From positions 111,292,001 to 111,356,000 of the forward strand of contig CM059431.1 of assembly GCA_030390025.1 (NCBI GenBank): a stretch of 64,000 bases of DNA, written 5' to 3'. Source of the stretch: Squalus acanthias (lineage: Eukaryota). The position numbers and the translations under genes are program-made. Shown here one piece after another: positions 36,422-47,572 of this stretch (the stretch's first letter is position 1; every line of letters begins with the position of its first letter). The notes beneath the pieces were generated by a model, which saw only the letters and a list, made by a program, of their open reading frames with translations, made no database searches and was not told where the DNA came from.

Positions 36422-36504
36422 CTGTGGCAGATCCAAATTCATAACTTGCCTTCCACTACTTTTAAACTGTGAACAAAAATAGGGAGTTGTCCTAATTCAG
36501 AACC

Positions 36505-37085
36505 CAATAAAGGAATTCAGGAGAAACTTCTTTACTCAGAGAGCAGTAAGTATGTGGAACTCGCTACCACATGGAGTGGGTGAGGCGAATAGCGTAGATG
36601 CCTTTAAGGGGAAGAGCACAGAAACAGTGGGTACAATTATCAAGAAAGGATGAACAGGCCGGGGCTCTTTTCTCCAGCAAAAAAGAAGACTGAGAGGTGA
36701 CCTGATAGAGGTCTTTAAAATTATGATGAGGTTTGATAGGCTAGACATAGAGAAGCTGTTTCCATTTGTGAGTGAGTCCAAAACTAGGGGCCATAAATAT
36801 AAGATAGTCACCAATAAATCCGATAAGGAATTCAGGAGAAACTTCCTTACTCAGAGTGGTGAGCATCTGGAACTCACTACCACAGGGAGTAGTTGAAGCG
36901 AACAGCATAGATGCATTAAGGGGAAGCTAGATAAAAACATGAGGTAGAAAGAAATAGGGAAGATATATTGATAGGGTGAGATGAAGTAAGGTGGGAGGAG
37001 ACTTGTGTGGCGCATAAACACCGACATAGAACTGTTGGGCCAAATGGCCTGTTTCTGTGCTGTAAAATACTATTCAATATGTAAT
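36505..37085 (+). mobile_element. Two abutting CR1 3' fragments
   Basis: The RNFFTQR/WNSLP segment occurs at 36505-36612 and again within 36613-37085, which includes the 3'UTR. Confidence 0.85.
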
Positions 37086-37199
37086 TCTGTGTAATAATGG
37101 AAGAATAATCAATTACTGTTTTTGCACATTAACTGAATCGCCTCTACTTTTTCATTACCTTCAACACCAAGAGCAAAATAGAACCACTTCTGAAAGGTG

Positions 37200-37910
37200 T
37201 TAATTTTTTTTCTACTTTTCTCTCCTTTTCTCCTGAAGACACTGGCACCTGCTGGGCTAAGGATCCCCAAGGTTCCTCAGGCATCAACAGCTCTCAAGTG
37301 ACCATTCTTCCTGTGTGAACAAAAACAATGAAACTTGACAGACTGTTCAAATGCAGGGTCCTTACAGCCCAGTCCAATCTTGTTCTCGGCCATTTCCGCT
37401 CAAAATTTCCGACAGAGACCACTGGATAGCAATCAGAGGTAGCGGCCTTAGCTAAGTTTCCACAAGTGGAGGTAATTTTATCTTATACCACCGGCTGACA
37501 AATGGGTGATAGCGAATTGGCAGCCCGGTTTACACTTAGTTCCCAAGTGGATAGGAAAATCGGGTGAGGTGTAAAACAGACTGCTGATTCTCTATCACCC
37601 ATTTTTTGCTCAGTGCTAGAGCTAAAAAAATGTTTTTATTCATTTATGGGATGTGGGCATTGCTGGCAAGGCCAGCATTTATTGACCATCTCTAATTGCC
37701 CTTGAAAAATTACACCACCTTCCCCCCCACCGCAGCCCCCTAAACCCCTAAAACCCCAGAGTATCTGAAGTCAACTTTGGAGTTCCTGTTGTCGCCACAG
37801 CTGAGAGCAGCTGATTCAGCACTGACCAGGCATCGGATATCGGACCTTGCCAATCTTCATGGTTTGATACCACACTGGGCACTACATTTACCCACTAAAC
37901 CATGGGAGAG
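37200..37910 (-). mobile_element. AmnSINE2-like SINE interrupted by a palindromic MITE and a LINE tail
   Basis: Body 37200-37465 is similar to 5205-5460; head 37770-37910 is similar to 5500-5540 plus 6178-6272. Confidence 0.5.
37468..37717. mobile_element. Short palindromic MITE containing a LINE 3' tail at about 37630-37706
   Basis: Internal inverted repeat aaatgggtgatagcgaattggcag...tttacac / gtgtaaa...ctgctgattctctatcacccattt; the insert matches 59495-59572. Confidence 0.6.
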
Positions 37911-38424
37911 GCTGGCTACTGTTGTTGTTATTATTAATAATAATATTATTATTAATGTTGTGTCCCAAAACAATGGGACATTTTAAGTTATCCATCTTAT
38001 TTGCAATTTCTAGTCACATAAACATCAATTTCCGTCAATCTTATTCCACTCAAAAGTAAAGAAAATTATGTTGCCAAGTCCTGAATTGCTCCTGCTGTTT
38101 CCTTTTCCATATTTCAACATATCTGACAGCTACTGGTGGTATAGGCACCTTGGGGAGGCCTCGGGATTTACAAATGTCACATTATTTTTATTGATTGATC
38201 CAGCATCCATTCTTTGGGAGATTTGCAACCAACTGCTCTGAGAAATAGTCACTCCATGGAAGGTTTGTTTCCAAAGGCTCTCGGAGGATTTCTCTCTGAA
38301 GTTGTCTTCAGCAGCAAAATCTTCCAGCAGATAAAGCCACATTTCTTTTGAAGATGGGGCTGTCGCTCAATCATGATCTAAACAACAATGCTATTTTGAT
38401 ATGTGAGAAATGTACAGATATATT

Positions 38425-39155
38425 GGCCCGTATCTTCCGATGACTACGGGTGTGTACGCGCTGTGTACACACCCGTAGGGACATCAATAATGCCGGTTTC
38501 AGGCATGCGAAGCGCATGCGCTGAAAACCGGCATTTCCGATCTGTCAAGAATGCTCTTGACAGATCGGATGCCTGCCCTGGAGAAGGGCCTCTGCGGGTG
38601 GAGAGTTCCGCTTTCTGCAGAACCTCCGCCCGCTGAAAACCCTTAGAAATCCTATGCCTGGTAAAAGCAGGCATAAGGCATAAGAGATTAAAAAAGTAAA
38701 AAAAAAAAACATTTTCACTCATTTATAATTAAAAATACTTTTAAAAAGGTAAGTTTATTTTTAGCCCCGTAAAAAACTTAAATTATTTTTTTCAAAAAAT
38801 TAAATTTTTGTTTAAAATATTTAATTTAATGTAATTTTAACTCATTTTAAAAACGTGATTTAAAAAAAAATGTATTTAATGTTTTGATGTGTTTTTGGGG
38901 TGATCTCCATTCATATATTTGACAGGTCTATCTGTCAAAAGTATGAAGGGGGATTCCCTTCTCCTATTGGTTCGCCTGGCCCACGTGATCCCAGGAACGC
39001 TTGCGAACTGCCTGCGCCGCGGGGATACGTGGGCCCTGCGCACTTCGACAGGAACGGAAATGGCCAGACCTCGGGAGCACTCAGGTAAGGGCGTAGATTT
39101 TTTCCCGATAGGAGGCATCCGCACGCAGGAAGCCTCCTATCGGAAATTACGGGCC
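38425..39155. mobile_element. Harbinger-like MITE (AT-rich core family) with 3-bp TSD ATT
   Basis: att|ggcccgtatcttccgat ... atcggaaattacgggcc|att. Confidence 0.88.
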
Positions 39156-40189
39156 ATTAATATTTCTCTGGGATTAAAATGAAATAAGCCTCACCCATTG
39201 GAGGTGCATATTAGGAAATCGCACGCACACTGCCCACAATTTTCTGTCCATTAATTTTAATATTACAAGATCTATCCCATTAGATAGTAATGAGTAAGTA
39301 AATACATATTGAGACTAATGTCTTTGTTAAAATGGTAAAGAAGAATTTCATACAAATGTATGAATGCACCCATTACTAATATTGTAAAACTCAAATTAAA
39401 CCCTACTGCCTGTACTTTTAGATGGTTTAACACTTTTATGACTGTAAATCAGAGAATGAAATGCCTTCTATTACACCTATACATTTGTATTTCAAATGCT
39501 AACTCAGTTGTGTGTTACGTATAATGCTTTCTGCGCTTTCAGTGAGATACTGAGTAAAGTTATGCATCACTGAGTATCACTGAGAGTGTATTAAAACATT
39601 CTATTACACTGAGAGTGATGACTTATCTAACATTTACATTTTTGACCTGTATGTTTATTTTGGAAAAATAGACCTGAAGTCACACATGCTCATCCTGTAG
39701 ATCTGCATTATTCCAGGTGAGATCTTTGCCAGGGGAGTTCCAGGGGTGTGCCATTCCTGGCTATTGGGCTGGCTTTGCTGAAGTACAGGAAAAAAATAAT
39801 AGGCTGTTGAATTGCATTTGAAAAATCTGAGTCTCGCGTGGTGAAGTCCAGTCAGTGAACGAGGTGGTGATGAGACATGCTACAGCATATCCCTGGTGAT
39901 GGGCGTACTGTACAGTGTTCACTGTTGACTATGAAGTATTATGTGTGATCTACCACATCCCTAATCCAACTGATCATTCTCAAGGTAGCTCATTTGAAGT
40001 GTGCCAAGGACTTAGATCACTATATGTGACTACTTTATAAGAGCATATGATTGGTGGGTTGGAGGGGGGTGGGGGGGGTGGTGGGGTGCGGGGGGCTCAG
40101 GACAAGACCAATCTTTGCTCTGTCACCAAAAGTTTTCAAATGCATTGTTGTGGTCTTGGTAGGCTCCCAATGCCATGGTGCCAAGGAGT

Positions 40190-40297
40190 TGTTGGTGGGG
40201 TTAGATTAAGAAGGAGGCTCGTGTGGAGCATAATCACCGACATGGACCTGTTGGGCCGAATGGCCTGTTTCTGTGCTGTAAATACTTTGTAATACTT
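40190..40297 (+). mobile_element. CR1 3'UTR tail
   Basis: ggaggctcgtgtggagcataa...gggccgaatggcctgtttctgtgctgtaaatactttgtaatac. Confidence 0.8.
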
Positions 40298-41745
40298 TCT
40301 ATTCCATTCCACATACATTGTTGAGTAATTTAAACTTCCATAATTAATGTCAATAGGGGTTTTGTATCTTAAAAAGGTTGCCAGCTATCAAAATAATTGT
40401 GTTGGTGTATGAAAAATTAACGCATGTCTGCCATGCCTTTTCTATATAGTGCTGTCGTCAATTTGGTATGGTTAGATTGTCTAGATAACTTCTACTACTG
40501 CTGTATTGCCAGTTTCGAATTGCAGTTTTTCTGGCCAGCGTGGGGGTCCAGATGACCATTGAGATAACTATGGGGAGGACTCTCATTATTTTGAAATCTA
40601 TGAAATATCCTTATACCTCTAGTTGGCAGATCATTTCTCCGATACTCACTTCTCTGAATGCAGATATTATGCAGAATACATTCACATCAGGTATACTTGT
40701 CTAAGTCTGGGGCAGCAGGGTCTGGGAGATCCCATTTTAGACAAGGCTCGGCTGCGTATTTTCCTGTGGGAATTGGGAGAATTACTATTGCAAGTAGGGT
40801 GGCAGAAAATAAATTGGAAAAGTAATAATGGGCAGAAAGAGGCATTTCCAACCTATGAAACTGTGTGGGGCATGGAGCTGCCATCAGACATTTGGGACTG
40901 AAAAGGGATTAGAGATGAAGGTGGAGAGAATATCGAATACACTTGCTCCAAGTATACTTCAATGAGGCCTCCAATTTGTAATCACGAAGAACAAAGTGAA
41001 GAAACATTTGAGAGGTCCTGAATTCGCTTTAACGGCTGAAACAAAAGCTTTATAAGCCTCCTGTGTGTACGGCCATCGCTCACTTTCTGTAAAAGAGAAA
41101 AATAGCAAAGAAGGCCTGAGGTTTTTATTAATGAATATCTATTGTATTACTGGAAAATATATAGAACCAGCAATAGGTTTCTGCAATTGTAACTGTTCTC
41201 AGAGATTGATTGCTCAAGCCAATAATTGCTAAGTACTAAGACAATGTTCTCCCATCAATTACTCAATATTATGACTCAAACCGTGAGCCAGTTTTATATA
41301 ATTAATCACCATTAACTTAGAACAAGAAGATATAGAATGGGCAATGCTTAACCAAATTAATATACTTGACATATTGGCATTTAAAAAAAAATGATTAATT
41401 CTTTATTTGATATTATTGTTGTCAAACATTAATATATTTAGGAATAATTCAAGTGGCGATACCATGAACAGCAAGTTTAAAAGGTATTCATTTGGTCATG
41501 CTAACTATGGAAAAGCTTCTTTAGATTCCTAAATTGGGAGATTAATTAATATTCCAAAAGGTATGCTATTGAGATCTTCCAATTTAAAAAAATCTTTAAT
41601 ATTGTGTTTCAGGTCCTTCATGACTGAGGAAGAAATTTGTTGGTTAAATTTCCTCTTTCCACTCCTAGCATGATATTTGAATAGAGAGTTTCACTATATG
41701 CTGTATTTAGTGTGTGATATATGCATTTCGTAATATAGAGTCATT

Positions 41746-42622
41746 GGGGGGCAATTTTGCCGGTGCTCAGGGGTCGGGTTTGGAGGCGGGTCTGCTGGCA
41801 AAATCAAAAAGATTGGCAGCGGGTCCCGAACCCACTTCCAAATCGCCTCCAATCAATCTTCCCGGGAGTCGGGTCCCCGATTTGTGCAGGGACCCGACTC
41901 CTCGCGGCGGGAAGAGGATTATAGCCACTTAACTGCTTGTTAACAGGTAGTTAACAGGCAGTTAAGAGGCTGTTTCCAATTTTGCCAGGTCAATTGCGGT
42001 CTTCCCGACATCCGGACTCCACGCCAGGTAAGTGTGGCATGTTGTGAGTCTACTGTAATGTTTCTTCATTGATGACAGCTGCAGAAGTGGTGTGAAGGAT
42101 CCAATGGTACACAGGTGAGTTTCAGAGGTAAGGAGATGCTGGGGAAATCATTTTTAATGTTTTTAGACTTTTCTGTAGGTAATAAGGTTTGAAGTGTTTG
42201 TGTAGTCCCAGCTCATTGGGAGAACCTCTCTCACCAGTGACAGATCGCTTCTATAACCTCACCTGCAGCTGCCATGTGTTTTATCCTAAGGAGAGAGTCT
42301 CTGGAGAGCCTGGGTGCAAGGGCACACCTTTGTACAGTGATTGGCAGTGTTTGCAGCACCTCAATGCTGTCAAACACTGAAAAATCATCTGTCAAACAAA
42401 AATGAACATGTCCCCTTTAAGGAAACTGGCAGATGACGCGTCATCAACTGACATCATCTGACACCGGCTTTCTCTTAATTGGCCGAAAAGCCTGCAGGGT
42501 GGGCTTAACAAGGCCAATTTACGCAAAATAGCGTCTGTGCGTCAGGCATCGCTGGGGGCGGGACTAGAACCCGGAAGGTAGCAGTCCCGCCCCAACGCAC
42601 CTCTTCAGGTAAGATCGCGGCC
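41746..42622. mobile_element. Harbinger deletion derivative (same family as 61641-62437)
   Basis: Extensive similarity to the 61.6-62.4 kb copy; minus-strand Myb/SANT start remnant homologous to 27400-27500. Confidence 0.75.
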
Positions 42623-42624
42623 TG

Positions 42625-43128
42625 AGTGTCTCCGCTTCCACCACTTCCATCGGCAGCGAGTTCCAGGTCCTCACCACTCGCTGCGTAAAAGTTTTTCCTC
42701 ACATCCCCCCTGTATCTCTTGCCCAAAACCTTAAATCTGTGTCCCCTCGTCCTTGTACCATCAACTAGTGGGAACAGCCTTTCCCCGTCTAGCCTATCCA
42801 AACCCATCATAATCTTGTACACCTCTATCAAATCACCCCTCAACCTCCTTTGCTCTAATGAAAACAAATCCAGCTTCTCCAACCTGTCCTTGTAGCTAAG
42901 ATCCCCCATCCCCGGAACCATTCTGGTGAATCTCCTCTGCACCCTCTCAAGGGCCTTCACATCCTTCCTAAAGTGTGGTGACCAGTACTGGATGCAATAC
43001 TCCAGTTGTGGCCTAACCAGCGCTTTATAAAGGTTCAGCATAACTTCTCTACTTTTGTACTCAATACCCCTATTTATGAAGCCCAAGATCCCATATGCTT
43101 TGCTAACCACTCTCTCAATATGTCCTGC
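42625..43128 (-). mobile_element. CR1 ORF2 fragment
   Basis: KAYGILGFINRGIEYKS...LVRPQLEYCIQYWSP...RRLRGDLIEVYKI. Confidence 0.92.
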
Positions 43129-43633
43129 TGAGTTCATTTCTAATGCATATATCTGCTCACTTTCAAATTCCCTCACAGGTCATTTTTTTCCATCTGTTTT
43201 ATACCTCATTTGCAATACACACAGGACATTAGATGTACATGTAAATTTGGATGAATTTGATATTTGTTTCATTTTTGAAGCAAGCTTGATGTCTCCTGAA
43301 TTGGCTGCCGCCTACTTCAACCCTAGGTCTGAAACCCAAAGCAATTCAAAGACAATTGTAGGGAAAACAATCAAGGTCCAAACCATATCCAAATCTCAGG
43401 CAGAAAAAACATAAATCACCATCGTGTGGAACTAGTAGAAGATTTTATAAACAGGGCAGTTTCACAAACCAGCAGGAAAATGAATGTCAGACTCGTGAAA
43501 ATCGACAGATATGATGTGTTTTAAATAATGTAATAAGGAGATCAAAACAGGTCTGAGCCATTTTGTTGCAAATCTGTGGTTTGAACTGAAAAAAGAAACT
43601 GAAACGTACACAGTGAAGAAGATGAAGCAAATG

Positions 43634-44098
43634 AGCACAGAAACAGAGGTACAACTATCAGGAAAGACTGAACAGACTGGGGCTCCTTTCTCTAGAAAGG
43701 AGATAATTGAGAGGTGATCTGGTAGAGGTCTATAAAATTATGAAAGGTTCGATAGGCTAGACGTAGAGAAGATGTTTCCACTTGCAGGGAAGTCCAAAAA
43801 CAAGGGGCCATCAATATAAGATAGTCACTAATAAATCCCATAGGGAATTCAGGAGAAACTTCTTTACCCAAAGTGTGGTTAGAATGTGGAACTCGCTACC
43901 ACATGGAGTAGTTGAGACGAATATCATAGATGCATTCAAGGGGAAGCTAGATAAGCACATGAGGGAGGAAGGAATGGAAGGATATGCTGCTAGGGTGAGA
44001 TGAAGTAAATAGTGTGGGAGGAGGCTCGTGTGGAGCACAAACACCGGCATAGATTGGTTGGGCCGTATGACCTGTTTCTGTGTGGTAAATTTTATGTA
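43634..44098 (+). mobile_element. CR1 3' fragment
   Basis: TRGHQYKI...RRNFFTQSVVRMWNSLP plus 3'UTR. Confidence 0.9.
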
Positions 44099-44116
44099 AA
44101 CACCATTAATGGATGG

Positions 44117-44251
44117 AAAAGCAAAATACTGTGGATGTTGGAAATCTGAAATAAAAAGAGCAAATGCTGTAAGTTCTCAACAGGTCAGGCAACATCCGTG
44201 GAGAGAGAAACAGAGTTAACATTTCAGGTCAATGACCTTTCATCAGAACTA
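44117..44251 (-). mobile_element. Penelope pLTR terminal fragment
   Basis: Reverse complement of 19875-20008. Confidence 0.88.
44214..44250 (-). ncRNA. Minimal hammerhead ribozyme with intact core
   Basis: Minus strand: agtt-CTGATGA-a-aggtc(att)gacct-GAAA-tg-TT-aact. Confidence 0.75.
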
Positions 44252-44372
44252 GAGCTTGTGTGGAGCATAAACATGGACCTGTTGGGCCACATGGCCTGTT
44301 CCTGTGCTGTAAATACTTTGTAATACTTAGTGTACTTTCCCGCATCTATTCGGGGTTTGTTTCGCAGATGTT

Positions 44373-44862
44373 GGGCATAATATTTAACTTCGGCTCAAAA
44401 CCGGCACAAAGTTGACTCTGTCCGTGGCGCCCGTCCAAAGCCACCGTCGGGAGGCCTGAACCATTTTGAATTTAACCGGCAAGCTGCGGGCATCAAACGG
44501 GCACTCTGCCACAGCTCGCGATTTGGAAGGCCCAAAAACAAGTCATTTTTTGCACGGCGAGAATGAGCAGGAATCAGGCTGCCATAGTTTTGTGGGGTCG
44601 TAGTGCACTCTCTGCCCATTGGTGCATGAAAATGGCAATCGGGGTCCGACGACCAACATAGGGCCCCAATTTGCATATTTAACAAACCTCCTGCCTGTTT
44701 TGGCCGAATTGCCGAGTTCCCGTTTAAAAGCCTGCCTGAAAATTGAATCAGGCGGGCCATGGGCGCCGAAGGGGTGTCCAAGGACCCTGCCTGATTTTCC
44801 TCTGCCGGGTGACCCGTTTTTTTCAGGCGGGAAGTGGGTGAGTGGCAGTTGAAAATTGCCCC
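44373..44862. mobile_element. GC-rich non-autonomous TIR element
   Basis: Ends ttgaaaattgcccc|tta; degenerate left TIR gggcataatatttaac; shares ccccaatttgcatatttaa with the 16210 and 55380 segments. Confidence 0.55.
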
Positions 44863-45584
44863 TTATGCGTCTGAGCGTCAGCTGAGGGCAAGGCCGACTT
44901 CTGCTGCAGAGGTTCTCCGTTCAAGTTACCTGCTAATACTCACTGCCCATTCTCACACATGAAAAATGGTACCAGCCGCGGCTGCCAACGCACATGGAGC
45001 CATATTGTAGTATCAGACACCAGCTCAAGGAGAAGAAAGGTAAAGAGAGAAGAGCAGAAGAAAACTTGAAGGAGAGAAAGTTTTTTTTTAAAAAAACATT
45101 CAAATTGAGTTTGAATTCCAGACCAGCCCAAAATTGGGGAGTGAAATCAAATGTTTTAAATTTGTATGCTTACAATAGCTTGAGGCCTATTGTGGTGCCA
45201 TTGGCGCAAGAAACAACTGTTAAACTCCATTTGAAGTGGTGGTCCTGTCATAAGAACCAATTATGGCTTTACTTTGCTTAACAACGGATGAGGCGATTTT
45301 CAACTTTAGATACGAAACAGTTCTATTCTAGCTTGCGTAACCTTAAGACCCACCAGAATCCTAAGTGTCACCAACATGCGATTTTTGCGTCTAACCTCAT
45401 TTGCATAATAGGGTTGAAATTCAATCTTGGTGGGAAAGGATTCTTGGTGGGAAATCCTCTGCTGTCACTAAAGGGAGATTGGGCTGCTTCTGCAATTTTA
45501 AAGGGTCCTTGTCGGCCAGGAGGAGCAGAGGGCCCCACTCGGATACCTTGAGCTTCCCTAGCCCTGGGCTTCTCCCCCCGCCCT

Positions 45585-45697
45585 ACTTTTCCTACATTAC
45601 AACAGTGACTACACCTCAAAAGCCATCATTGGCTGTGAAGCACTTTGGGGAATTCCTGAGGTCGTGAAAGGCTATAAATGCAAATCTTTTTCTTTCT
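45585..45697 (+). mobile_element. DeuSINE 3' tail fragment
   Basis: tttcctacattacaacagtgactacac...attggctgtgaagcactttggg. Confidence 0.8.
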
Positions 45698-45795
45698 CAA
45701 AGTATGGTTTGACCAGACTACTGCATAATTTAAGCATGACTGCCTCCAACTTGTACTTTAATATTTTAGCTGTATAACTCAACATTCTATTTGAC

Positions 45796-45992
45796 ATAAA
45801 AACAGAAAATGCTGGAGATACTCAGCAGGTCAGGCAGCATCTGTGGAGAGAGGAACAGAGTTAACGTTTCAGGTCGATGATGAAACGTTAACTCTGATTC
45901 TCTCTCCACAGATGCTGCCTGACCTGCTGAGTATTTCCAGCATTTTCTGTTTTTATTTCAGATTTCCAGCATCCGCAGTATTTTGCTTTTGT
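45796..45992. mobile_element. Penelope mini-insertion made of two inverted pLTR ends, with 15-bp TSD
   Basis: attctatttgacata occurs at 45784-45798 and 45993-46007; 76-bp arms at 45796-45871 and 45881-45956. Confidence 0.9.
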
Positions 45993-46088
45993 ATTCTATT
46001 TGACATATCGAGCGCTAATTCAACTAACATTGCCAGATCTCTTTCAACTCCACGCTCCGCCTTCACCACTGTTCATGGAATAGTTATG

Positions 46089-47267
46089 GAGTGTATGTTT
46101 TCATTTTGCGTGCAATCGGAAAATTGGGCACAAATTGTGCTTGAAATTGCACTGGTTAGGTTACATTTCAAGTTTTGCTAAAATTCATTTGCACAATCAC
46201 AAACGTAAAATCTTCTATAAAGCAGTGCAATCGGTCAGCGTAACAGAACATAATTAATCATTTTATTTTCCTTTGCATTAAAAAATATTCATTGATGATT
46301 TAAGAGTGGTAACCTGGTACAGTTTTATTAATACAGCTGAGAATGGGTTTATCACAAAACATAAGCATTTTTAATCAGAGTGTCTAGTCCACCACCTGTG
46401 AGTAACCTGATTTAAAATCACTGAAAAGGACTTAAAAAACTACTGAACCATTTCCTAGTTTCATTGATCAGTTTCTTAGTAAGTTATATATTTTTTAATA
46501 TGTAAAAATTTTAAAACCTGCTAGTGCCTGTGTGCCTAAGAAAGTGGTTCAATTTGAAGACGCTCATCGAATGGCCGCCAACAGTAGAAACTCACCATCC
46601 TCAGCTGTGGCTCAGTGGGTAGCACTCTCGCCTCGGAGTCAGGAGGTTGTGGGTTCAAGTCCCACTCCAGAGACTTGAGTGCAAAAATCTAGGCTGAGGC
46701 TCCAGTGCAGTGCTGAGGGAGCGCTGCACTGTCGGAGGTGCCGTCTTTCAGATGAGATTTTAAACCGAGGCCTCATCTGCTCTCTCAGGTAGATGTAAAG
46801 ATCCTGCGGCACTATTTCAAAGAAGAGCAGGGGAGTTCTCCCCAGTGTCCTGGCCAATATTTATCCCTCAATCAACATAACAAAAACAGATTATCTGGTC
46901 ATTATCACATTGCTGTTTGTGGGAGCTTGCTGTGCGCAAATTGGCTGCTATCTTTCCTATGTTACAACAGTGACTACACTTCAAAAGTACGTCATTGGTT
47001 GTAAAGCACTTTGGGACGTTCAGTGGTCATGAAAGGCGCTATATAAATGCAAGTCTCTCTTTTTCCTCGTTATTTTGATCTGGGGATATAGCGAGTTTTG
47101 TGGGCGGTGCTGGCTTCAGGTGAAAACGATTTTTAAACCAGCGTTAAAGATCGCGCAAACTCGAATTACGCTCGACATAACTTACATTTAAAATTCCCCG
47201 ATCTTGTGCGCTGGGTCGGCCTATTTTACCCGGATTGCACTAATAAAACTAGCAGAAACTCTATCCC
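46089..47267. mobile_element. Non-autonomous TIR element (same family as 49224-49950), split by a SINE
   Basis: Colinear similarity with the 49.2-49.95 kb copy on both sides of the SINE; ends gaaactctatccc|atg. Confidence 0.75.
46600..47063 (+). mobile_element. Full-length DeuSINE (SacSINE1-like)
   Basis: tRNA-derived head (A box tggctcagtggg, B box gggttcaagtccc), Deu-domain and L2-like tail. Confidence 0.92.
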
Positions 47268-47329
47268 ATGTTGTCTATTTTATTTTCTTCTGATATCCCA
47301 CAAATACCACTTGTAGAGGATTATTCACA

Positions 47330-47572
47330 AAAGAGCATGGTGTTATCCCCGGTGTCCTGGCCAATATTTATGCCTCAATTAGCATCTAAAAAACAGATTA
47401 TGCAGTCATTATCACATTGCTGTTTGTGGGAGCTTGCTGTGCGCAAATTGGCTGCCGCGTTTCCCACATTACAACAGTGACTACACTTCAAAAAGTACTT
47501 CATTGGCTGTAAAGTGCTTTGGGACGTCCAGTGGTCATGAAAAGCGCTATAGAAATGCAAGTCTTTTTTTTA
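47330..47572 (+). mobile_element. DeuSINE 3' half
   Basis: Matches 46820-47063. Confidence 0.88.

Noticed and set aside
46600..46680. tRNA gene
   Set aside because: The A/B boxes belong to the SINE head, which continues into the Deu-domain and is repeated many times in the window.
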